Of a stretch of 64,000 nucleotides of DNA, positions 10,141 through 18,392 are shown in pieces. Every line of letters starts with the position of its first letter. Within the stretch, counting starts at the first letter, position 1. This DNA is from a bacterium (lineage in GTDB: Bacteria; Zhuqueibacterota; Zhuqueibacteria; Residuimicrobiales; Krinioviventaceae), in NCBI GenBank assembly GCA_963675755.2, contig CAXXMD010000001.1:256001-320000 (forward strand), in the 5' to 3' direction. The notes under the pieces were generated by a model that ran no database searches, was not told the origin of the DNA, and saw only the letters and a list, made by a program, of their open reading frames with translations. The position numbers and the translations under genes are program-made.

Positions 10141-11511
10141 TTACAAGCATAATTCAAACTGCATGGCATAAAAAGATGGTGTATTATAAAACTCTCGGGT
10201 ACATATAAAATTACCAGCCAGGCTGTCTGTTATTGACATTTTAAAACCGATCCAGTCAATGTTTTTGGTTTTATATTTTGTTCCATTAATACTTGTAACA
10301 TTAATTGCATAAGTCAATATAAATTGAGGTAAAATCCTGAAATGTAATCCATATGATATTTGGTCCACATTTTTGCTATGGTTTGATTGCCCCGGTTGAT
10401 CTTCTGTATAAGGTCTATCTTTGAAAAAATTCATATCATATTTATAGATGGTTTGGATATCATAATTTGTGCTAGTTATGGATATATAATTATTTATTCG
10501 ATTAAGAATATTAAATTCAATTCCAATTCCTACTGCCATAGTTTGTATAGATTTGTTTTCATATCGTCTATAGTCAAAGAAACTGGAACTGTATTCAATA
10601 CTATCCTGGGGCATTATCGTTATTACGCTTGATCCTTCATGATGTAGATGTGCTGTTTCAGTATATTTTAGTTTATTATAGTTTCCCCAAAATCTTGTTT
10701 TAACGTATTTATGAATATTATAGCTTCCAATAACAGAAAACGTACTTTTAGGAAAACTAAAAGCAGGATAATTATCATTGTTGTATGATATTGAATCATA
10801 AAATTTTACATAAAAGTCATTATAATTATATATATAATTGCTTTTAGAACGAATGGTATATTGATTGTTATATAATTCCTTATTTACTAATGAATAGGAG
10901 AATGATGGGCAAATATCCAGCTTTTTCTTATATTTTATTTTGCCACCAATTGTGAGTTTTTTGATTCCCATGTCTCCCTGAATTTTGTAAAGCGGATCAA
11001 GAATGTACTCATTACCTGTATAGTTGTAAATAGTATTGTACTCTTTGTATGTGTTATTCCGCTTTTGGTATTCCAATGATATACCCAAGCTGTGAACTGT
11101 GCTCAACTTTTTTGATATCGAGAATACATATTTTTCATTTATATGATCCAGATTTGGATTTTCATAATAATAAGTATCAAAATATATTGTGTTTATAATT
11201 TTATCTGCCATAATACCAAAAGACCAGGATTTGTAAGGGATAAATATATATAGGTGTTGTTGATCAAAATATGATTGAGATATATTGTCAAGTTCTTCAA
11301 TCCTTGTAAAACGTGCACCGCTATATATTGTTGGCTTTATAAAATCCATCATGGCGGGATTGATATAAGAATCCGTAATAGGGTCAGCAATAGTGCCTAA
11401 TATTTTTTCACCGGCTTTGCTTTGTAGTTCGAGTGAAACCGGTTGCTGCGAATATACTGATTTACATACGAATAATAAAATTGTTAAAAGAAACCAAAAT
11501 TTATTTGGCAA
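10141..11511 (-). CDS. Hypothetical exported/outer-membrane beta-barrel protein (paralog 1)
   Basis: TTG start with AGGGG SD, signal peptide; shares SLxLQSKAG..IADP..DSY.NPAMMDF, NYTGNE.ILDPL and REF.N.PSF..MQF with its neighbour. Confidence 0.7.
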   Translation of the reverse strand: MPNKFWFLLTILLFVCKSVYSQQPVSLELQSKAGEKILGTIADPITDSYINPAMMDFIKPTIYSGARFTRIEELDNISQSYFDQQHLYIFIPYKSWSFGIMADKIINTIYFDTYYYENPNLDHINEKYVFSISKKLSTVHSLGISLEYQKRNNTYKEYNTIYNYTGNEYILDPLYKIQGDMGIKKLTIGGKIKYKKKLDICPSFSYSLVNKELYNNQYTIRSKSNYIYNYNDFYVKFYDSISYNNDNYPAFSFPKSTFSVIGSYNIHKYVKTRFWGNYNKLKYTETAHLHHEGSSVITIMPQDSIEYSSSFFDYRRYENKSIQTMAVGIGIEFNILNRINNYISITSTNYDIQTIYKYDMNFFKDRPYTEDQPGQSNHSKNVDQISYGLHFRILPQFILTYAINVTSINGTKYKTKNIDWIGFKMSITDSLAGNFICTREFYNTPSFYAMQFELCL

Positions 11512-11650
11512 AGTGTACCCCTGTCATTGTAATATTCTTGATATTGAAGATTGATTTATATCCCCCGATATTTCGTTTAGCCCGGAAAAGTTAAATATTC
11601 ATTGATTGTTTATTTCAAACTCTTTTCGTTCTTGAAAAGTTCCCCGTAAC

Positions 11651-14035
11651 TTATAAATTGAACCGGTATGAGCATTTTAACAACAGTATTCTATCGTCAA
11701 AATCGAAACTACGGGATTCTCCGGTAAATGATTCGTCGGAACGTCCTTCGTTATAGGCGAGGTATAAAAAGCTGCCGGGACGGTATTCCCAACTGATGAG
11801 AGTGCTCAACAGGTATTGGTTTTCTGTGACTTTGTCTCCATACCAGGTGGTACCAAAATTACCCTGCATATGTAATCGAAAATAAAAATCTTTGTTTAAC
11901 ATAAAGGTGGTATAGGATGAAAACTGCCAGAATTCACCATCCTTTTTATCAATAGGATTGAATGTCTTTGTATATTCACCTTCAAGGGTGGAGAGGATGT
12001 GAGTGTGCAAACGGCCGGTCCCTGCCAGGGTTACGCTTTGCAGTGAGCCCACATGTTTTTGCTTAAAGTTGTAAAATGTACCACCATTTGCCCCCAGAAT
12101 CATTTCAATCCTTGCTCCCTTGTTTACGGGGCGTGAAGTGAAATTAGCTACCCAGGTGTTTTCTGTATAGATTTCGGTTATTTCACTGCGTTGGGCTTGT
12201 TGTAAACCAGCTACAAAGATCATTTCATTCATCAACTGCACTTCAAGTTCTTCTTCCGCACGCCAGTTTTGAAAATCCCGTTTGCCGGGGCCAATCATTG
12301 CTGTTCCATCTGTATATGAAAAAGCACTCTCTCCAAATTCGTCGTTAAATACAATATTTGGATTTTCTTCCAACCAGTCTGTTATATATCTGTCTGTAAA
12401 ATGATCATAGCTGATTTCACCTTCGGTAGAGAAGCTGATGCGGCGGAGGATCTTACGGTTCAGCCGCGGACCATAGCGAAAGCCCGCTTCGTATTCGGTC
12501 TCACCGCGATTGGCTTCTTTGCGCATATAGCCAATCCGATTGACCTCAAAATAGGGATCGGTATGTGTATAACCCAGCGACATGCCGAAATCGTCACCGG
12601 TTGTGGTGAGTTCTGCATAATATGCATTGCTGTTGTCAGTATGCTGTTCCGTTTGTCCGGTAGCAGCCTGAGCATCCAGTAAAATATTTTTTTTCACCAC
12701 AAACGATCCATCAATACCCAGTACGCGGTTGTATTCATTGTCGTATTCTTTGGTAGCTCCCAGAATGCCAATGTTGCTGGAATTGAAAACATCTTTTTTA
12801 ACTCGAAAAACTCCATAATTGGCTTCTTCTGAAGCGGTATTATCTATCTGACTGTGTGACATTGCAGATTCGCCGGTAAAACAGCTAATAGCACCAAATT
12901 CAAATCCTTTAGCCAGCTTGCCGGTCATTTTACCACCGCCAAGAATATCGCCCATGGCGCCAATACGTCGACTGTAAAACAGCTCAAGCGGGGTGTTGAA
13001 AATATTGGTCCTTTCCGTAAAAAAAGGACGAAGTTCCTGAAAACGGGTTGGGTAGCGGGTCAGATTGATTTCAACCACATCTGCATCTATTTGCGCAAAA
13101 TCAGGATTAACAGTCAAATCCGCTGTAATACTGGTAGAGGGACTGTAGCGAAGATCCAGTCCGTAATTTAGTTGCCCGCTTCTTGGGTCTGGCGCGGTCT
13201 GTTCCATTCCGGTAAGTACATAGGGGCGAATCTCAAAATTTCGTCCGGCATTTATGTTTTTGATCCCGGTGATGTGTCCCATTGTTGACATGCGTGTTGT
13301 CATATCCCATTCCCACAGGTGCGGTTTCCATTGCCCTCTTGAACCGTTTTTGGAAATATTACGCATCACATTAAAGCCAAAGATATGTTCTTCCAGGTCA
13401 TTAAAACGCAGGTTAAAGAAAGGGATTTTAATTTCCGCATACCAGCCTTTATCGTCAATAGTAGCTTCAGAATACCAGACCCCGTTCCAGTTTCGGTCGC
13501 GTTTGATATCATCATATCGCAATTCATCACCCTGAACGCCGGCGGGGGAGACATTAAATTTATATCCTGTTCGATGATCGTGAAACGTATCCAGAAACAG
13601 ATTCAGATTGTCCGGTACGTTTGAACCACGCGGAGTGACCAGATTGACAATTTTATCCGGATCGCTGTCCCAGCACCAAACTCCGATATAGAGATTATTT
13701 GCATCATATAAAACAGCGAATTCGGTTTCGTCTGACATGGGTACTAGTGGATAGGGTTCTTTTTCAAGCAGATCATCTTCGTGTTCAGCAAGGTGCCATT
13801 CTTTTTCATCCAGAACACCATCAATATTGATTTCTGCATCATCATTCAGCCTTAGGGCCTCAATGCTGTATAGTTCTATTAATGTATCATAAACAGCGGT
13901 CCGGACCGAGTCGATATAGGTCTGCTCAAAATATTTAGGATCAATGTCTCTCTGGCTGTAAAGATTGGAGGTGAAACAATAAAGTGCAAGTATGAGTGTT
14001 TGAAGGAATAGAATAACTGTTGTTTTAAACTGCAT
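11651..14035 (-). CDS. CBM9-like + DUF5916 outer-membrane-type protein
   Basis: IDGVLDEKEW, WYAEIKIPF..LRF, LTVNPDFAQIDAD, E.RPFF.E, LFYSRRIG, C-terminal WEYRPGS.LYL.YN. Confidence 0.82.
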   Translation of the reverse strand: MQFKTTVILFLQTLILALYCFTSNLYSQRDIDPKYFEQTYIDSVRTAVYDTLIELYSIEALRLNDDAEINIDGVLDEKEWHLAEHEDDLLEKEPYPLVPMSDETEFAVLYDANNLYIGVWCWDSDPDKIVNLVTPRGSNVPDNLNLFLDTFHDHRTGYKFNVSPAGVQGDELRYDDIKRDRNWNGVWYSEATIDDKGWYAEIKIPFFNLRFNDLEEHIFGFNVMRNISKNGSRGQWKPHLWEWDMTTRMSTMGHITGIKNINAGRNFEIRPYVLTGMEQTAPDPRSGQLNYGLDLRYSPSTSITADLTVNPDFAQIDADVVEINLTRYPTRFQELRPFFTERTNIFNTPLELFYSRRIGAMGDILGGGKMTGKLAKGFEFGAISCFTGESAMSHSQIDNTASEEANYGVFRVKKDVFNSSNIGILGATKEYDNEYNRVLGIDGSFVVKKNILLDAQAATGQTEQHTDNSNAYYAELTTTGDDFGMSLGYTHTDPYFEVNRIGYMRKEANRGETEYEAGFRYGPRLNRKILRRISFSTEGEISYDHFTDRYITDWLEENPNIVFNDEFGESAFSYTDGTAMIGPGKRDFQNWRAEEELEVQLMNEMIFVAGLQQAQRSEITEIYTENTWVANFTSRPVNKGARIEMILGANGGTFYNFKQKHVGSLQSVTLAGTGRLHTHILSTLEGEYTKTFNPIDKKDGEFWQFSSYTTFMLNKDFYFRLHMQGNFGTTWYGDKVTENQYLLSTLISWEYRPGSFLYLAYNEGRSDESFTGESRSFDFDDRILLLKCSYRFNL

Positions 14036-14115
14036 TTTACTACCCTGTCTGATATGTTTTTGTCATATCCGCAATTGAACCGGACGGATGAATTCAATCA
14101 ATAATTGATTTACAT

Positions 14116-14153
14116 AATTTTACAATTTAATAAAAGTGAAAAATTGTAAAATT
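14116..14153. promoter_or_regulatory. 13-bp perfect inverted repeat in divergent promoter region (candidate operator)
   Basis: AATTTTACAATTT-12 nt-AAATTGTAAAATT. Confidence 0.4.
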
Positions 14154-14191
14154 TAAACTTTCTGGTATTCTGTTGTTTGGTAGAATAACTG

Positions 14192-14220
14192 TTGACGCTT
14201 TTAATAGTAATTTGTATTTT
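14192..14220 (+). promoter_or_regulatory. Putative sigma70 promoter of the sulfatase gene
   Basis: TTGACG-17 bp-TATTTT, followed by SD GGAGG and ATG 14245. Confidence 0.55.
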
Positions 14221-14244
14221 AAATTTCAACAGGGAGGAGTAATA

Positions 14245-16068
14245 ATGTTAAAAAATACTACCAGACGATCATTTATCAAAACTATGGGTGCGGCTGCATT
14301 GACTTTGCCTGTAATGAATTGCTCTTTGCAAAAAGATCAGCCCAATATACTTTGGCTAACCAGTGAAGATAACAGCCCTTTCCTAGGTTGTTATGGAGAT
14401 GAACTGGCTAACACACCAAATTTTGATAAGTTTGCATCCGAATCTATTCTTTACGAAAATGCGTTTGCCAATGCACCGGTTTGCGCACCTGCCCGATCCA
14501 CAATTATTACCGGTATGTATGCCTGTTCTTTGGGTACACATCAGATGAGAAGCCAGAATCCTGTACCTGAGCAGGTACAATTCTTTCCACAATATCTGAG
14601 AAAAGCCGGTTATTATTGTACCAATAATCATAAAAAAGATTACAATACCATAGAGCCTGAAGGAGTTTGGGACGAGTCAAGCAGAGAAGCAACATATGAA
14701 AACTGCCCTGATGGCCAACCTTTTTTTGCGATATTTAATCATACAATTACTCATGAAAGTCAACTGCACAAGTGGCTTGAACCTGTGCACGATCCCTCAA
14801 AAATGAAATTACCTCCTTATCATCCGGATACGCCCGAGGTCCGTCATGACTGGGCGCAGTATTATGACAAGATTACTGAACTTGACAAGCAGATAGGTGA
14901 GAAACTGCAAAGATTGGAAGACTTGGGCCTTGCAGAAAACACCATCGTATTTTATTATGCAGATCATGGCGGGGTGTTGACCCGCAGTAAACGGTTTTTG
15001 TATGACTCTGGCACCCATGTTCCCATGATGGTACGGTTTCCCAAAAAGTATAAACATCTTGCAACGCATAAAGCCGGAGAACGAACCGATCGCCTGGTTA
15101 GCTTTGTAGATCTTGCTCCTACGGTTCTCAGTCTGGCAGGTATAACTGTTCCTGAAATTATGCAAGGAGAGGCATTCCTTGGCAAACAAGCCCTGAAAGA
15201 ACGGGACTATGTCTATCTGTTCCGTGGCAGAATGGATGAACGTTATGATCATATTCGAGCCATTCGGGATAAGCAATTTAAATATATACGTAATTATATG
15301 CCGCACAGGATCTGGGGGCAGCACCTCAATTATCTCTGGAGAATGCCAACAACCCGTGCATGGTATAAATTGCACCTTGAAGGAAAATTAAATCCGGTGC
15401 AAGATAAATTCTGGAATAAAAAGCCGAAAGAAGAATTGTTTGATACTACTTTAGATCCCTGGGAAGTGAAAAATCTTGCTGATGATCCCAAATACAAAGA
15501 TGTGCTTGAACGAATGCGCAGTGCATTAAATGACTGGGTGTTGGATGTTGGCGACCCCGGTTATCTGCCCGAAGCTGAAATGGTCATGCGTGCTGAGGGA
15601 TCAACTGTCTATGAAATGGGTCAGGATCCACAGAAATATAATCAAAAACGCATCATGCAAGTGTTGGATATTGTAAATGATTGTGATGAGAAGAATATTC
15701 CACAATTGATTGCATGGTTATCTGATGAGGATAGTGCTGTACGGTACTGGGCAGCAGAAGGTTTTATTGCATTGGGCGAAAAAGCTCAAACAGCCAAGAC
15801 CGAGCTGATCAAAGCGCTTGAAGATTCTGCTCCCAATGTGCGAATTGCAGCTGCTGAAGCCATTTTCAAGTTTGAGAATTCTGAAAAAGCATGGCAGGTA
15901 ATCATTCAGGCACTTGACCATCCTGTTGAATGGGCAAGACTGCAAGCAGCCAATGTAATGGATTTTCAGGATAAGCGGGCCAGAAAGTATTTATCAATTA
16001 TGAAAAGTAAGCTGGAAGATGGGTATCCCGGCAGGGTTATGCTTTCAGCAATAGAAGAGATTCAATAA
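14245..16068 (+). CDS. Tat-exported formylglycine-type (S1) sulfatase with C-terminal HEAT repeats
   Basis: TRRSFIK Tat motif, PNILWLTSED, CAPARS.IITG (CxPxR), ADHG, VSFVDLAPT; HEAT repeats D.DSAVRYWAA / DSAPNVRIAAA. Confidence 0.9.
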   Translation: MLKNTTRRSFIKTMGAAALTLPVMNCSLQKDQPNILWLTSEDNSPFLGCYGDELANTPNFDKFASESILYENAFANAPVCAPARSTIITGMYACSLGTHQMRSQNPVPEQVQFFPQYLRKAGYYCTNNHKKDYNTIEPEGVWDESSREATYENCPDGQPFFAIFNHTITHESQLHKWLEPVHDPSKMKLPPYHPDTPEVRHDWAQYYDKITELDKQIGEKLQRLEDLGLAENTIVFYYADHGGVLTRSKRFLYDSGTHVPMMVRFPKKYKHLATHKAGERTDRLVSFVDLAPTVLSLAGITVPEIMQGEAFLGKQALKERDYVYLFRGRMDERYDHIRAIRDKQFKYIRNYMPHRIWGQHLNYLWRMPTTRAWYKLHLEGKLNPVQDKFWNKKPKEELFDTTLDPWEVKNLADDPKYKDVLERMRSALNDWVLDVGDPGYLPEAEMVMRAEGSTVYEMGQDPQKYNQKRIMQVLDIVNDCDEKNIPQLIAWLSDEDSAVRYWAAEGFIALGEKAQTAKTELIKALEDSAPNVRIAAAEAIFKFENSEKAWQVIIQALDHPVEWARLQAANVMDFQDKRARKYLSIMKSKLEDGYPGRVMLSAIEEIQ

Positions 16069-16099
16069 AAAAAGCGGCTTGATTCAAGCCGCTTTTTTT
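16067..16099. terminator. Bidirectional intrinsic terminator
   Basis: A7-GCGGCTTGA/TCAAGCCGC-T7 between convergent genes. Confidence 0.9.
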
Positions 16100-16109
16100 A
16101 TGTGCTAAA

Positions 16110-18371
16110 TTATTTTGCAATTCCCCATTTTTTGTTGGGTTCAGGACCCATCTCAAACACCAAAGTCCCGCCCTTAACCAGCTCTTTATGAGTTATATGG
16201 CTCTTGTTATAGGACTTGCCATTTAACATAGCCGATTGGATGTAAATATTGTCTTTTGTCAAATTATTTGCCTCAATAACCATAGATTTTCCATTGTAAT
16301 AATCGGGGTCGAGTTTGATTTCAACTCGATCAAAAATAGGAGCCGTAATTTGATAAACCGGATCGCCCACACTGATCTGAAACAACCCCATAGAGCTTAA
16401 TACATACCAGGCTGCCATACAACCATAATCGTCATCCATTTCGATCAGGTATCCATCCGGAGTAGTTTTATAGATATAATCTACAATTGGTTCAGGAAAA
16501 ATCTGGTGTGTACCATATTGCTGAGGAAAGGGTTCGGTTAGTATCTTGCGGACCCATTTTTGTGTCAACCAGGGAGCTCCGGCAGGATTAAAAAGATATG
16601 GAGTTTGTATATCCGGCTGGTTTCCTGCCTGATACAGATCATTATTGAAAAAGTAATCCAACTGTTCTACAAAATAATCTTTACCGCCAAATAACTCAAT
16701 CAAACCCGGTACATCATGAAGCACAAACCAGCGCCAGTGCCACTTGCTGCCTTCATAGGTGTATTTTTCCCGATTCATTCTGGGATCCTCTGGGAAATCC
16801 AGCCATTTTCCGTTTGCAGCTTTTGCCCGGAAATATTTAATAGACGGGTCCCATACATTTTTATAATAGTTTGCCCGTTTACTGAATTTTTTATAATCGT
16901 CTTTTTCACCCACTGCTTTGGCAACCTGAGCAACGCACCAGTTTGCGTAAGAATATTCATTCGTTTGGTCCGGTCGTTCAGGAATATATCCAAATTTTTC
17001 AAATTTATCAGGCATTTGCATCATCATCTCGTTGCGAATACCAGGGTAAATGGTTTTCATATCAACATCAACCAGACCTTTGAAATACGCATCGGTAGGA
17101 ATGGATAACATGTGTTCATTTCGACAAGAGCGGATCGGTTGATAACCATTAGGCCCCTTGGGCGCGAGTCCGGGACTGTTGTGCGGTTTATGGTCTGAAT
17201 CGGGAAAGGGTGCGTAATTGTCAACCTGGTCATAGATGTCCCGAATGGATAATGTGATATCATGCATCAATTTGGGAGCAGTTATGCTGTATAGCGGGTA
17301 CTTTGTTCGGAATGAGTCCCAGAATGCATAATTATCATAATGGGTATATCCAACCGCTTTATGATTTTGAATATCGTGACCTGGGTATGTTCCGTCAACG
17401 TCTGTTGTCGTGACCGGTAAAAAATAAGTGTGATATAAAGCAGTATAGAATATGGTCATATCTCGTTTACTGCCTTCAACCTTGATTCTGTCAAGATAAT
17501 AACTCCATTTTTTTGCTGCTTTTTTGATTGTATTTTGAATTTTCCAGTCTGTGATTTCATATTCCAGATTAGTCATTGCACCTTCCAGGGATGCAGAAGA
17601 CATGCCGGATTTTATTGATATTTTATCACCCGCTTTAACAGCAAAGTCAAAAACTATTGCTGTATTTTTGCCATTTATACTTGATGTTATTTCCATTTGG
17701 TCTTTAAATGCAGTAAATTTTTCAAAAGGTTTGTTAAAGACCATATGCATATAGAATTTGGCTTGTCCATAAGTTAATTCGCAATTGAGTTCAGTATCGG
17801 AAAGAATATCTATTTTAAAATTCCGTGTACGCGCCCAGTTACCCGGATATAATAGTATGTGGGCTGTTCCCTCGTTATTAAAAGTATATTGATGATACCC
17901 TGAATGTGTGTCAGCTGAGAGCAAGGCGTCTATTTTATTTTCCTGTAATGAAACTGAATAAACACCAGGGCTGGCCTTTTCAGTTTTTTTATCAATAGGG
18001 AGGTAGGGATTTTTAAGATCAATTTCACCATAGTAGGGTAGAATAGAGATATAACCGGCCCTGTCACCAACGGTGGTACCGCCAGAGCTGCCAGAGTGAA
18101 AATGACTGAATCCGCGCACATGATCATCTGCGTAATTGTAACCGGAATGTGCCCAATCACCGTCTCCTGTCAAGCTGGATGGGTAAGAATCGGGGCCCAG
18201 TTTAACGAGTCCATTGGGTACCAATGCAGATGGATGCCAATGCCCATGATCTCCTTCAGTACAAATAAATGGATCAACATATTCTAATGCTGAAAAATTT
18301 TTTTGCGTGCAAGCTGCAAAGAATAATGCTGCAAGCAGAAAGACAATACTACAGATTTTAACATGTTTCAT
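16110..18371 (-). CDS. GH92 family glycoside hydrolase, lipoprotein (divergent subtype)
   Basis: Lipobox FAAC, YVDPFI, FYTALYH, WDSFR, YEG..W.WRWFV.HD, GNQPD, EMDDDYG.M.AWY. Confidence 0.9.
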   Translation of the reverse strand: MKHVKICSIVFLLAALFFAACTQKNFSALEYVDPFICTEGDHGHWHPSALVPNGLVKLGPDSYPSSLTGDGDWAHSGYNYADDHVRGFSHFHSGSSGGTTVGDRAGYISILPYYGEIDLKNPYLPIDKKTEKASPGVYSVSLQENKIDALLSADTHSGYHQYTFNNEGTAHILLYPGNWARTRNFKIDILSDTELNCELTYGQAKFYMHMVFNKPFEKFTAFKDQMEITSSINGKNTAIVFDFAVKAGDKISIKSGMSSASLEGAMTNLEYEITDWKIQNTIKKAAKKWSYYLDRIKVEGSKRDMTIFYTALYHTYFLPVTTTDVDGTYPGHDIQNHKAVGYTHYDNYAFWDSFRTKYPLYSITAPKLMHDITLSIRDIYDQVDNYAPFPDSDHKPHNSPGLAPKGPNGYQPIRSCRNEHMLSIPTDAYFKGLVDVDMKTIYPGIRNEMMMQMPDKFEKFGYIPERPDQTNEYSYANWCVAQVAKAVGEKDDYKKFSKRANYYKNVWDPSIKYFRAKAANGKWLDFPEDPRMNREKYTYEGSKWHWRWFVLHDVPGLIELFGGKDYFVEQLDYFFNNDLYQAGNQPDIQTPYLFNPAGAPWLTQKWVRKILTEPFPQQYGTHQIFPEPIVDYIYKTTPDGYLIEMDDDYGCMAAWYVLSSMGLFQISVGDPVYQITAPIFDRVEIKLDPDYYNGKSMVIEANNLTKDNIYIQSAMLNGKSYNKSHITHKELVKGGTLVFEMGPEPNKKWGIAK

Positions 18372-18392
18372 GTTACTCCCTTTGTGTATGAT

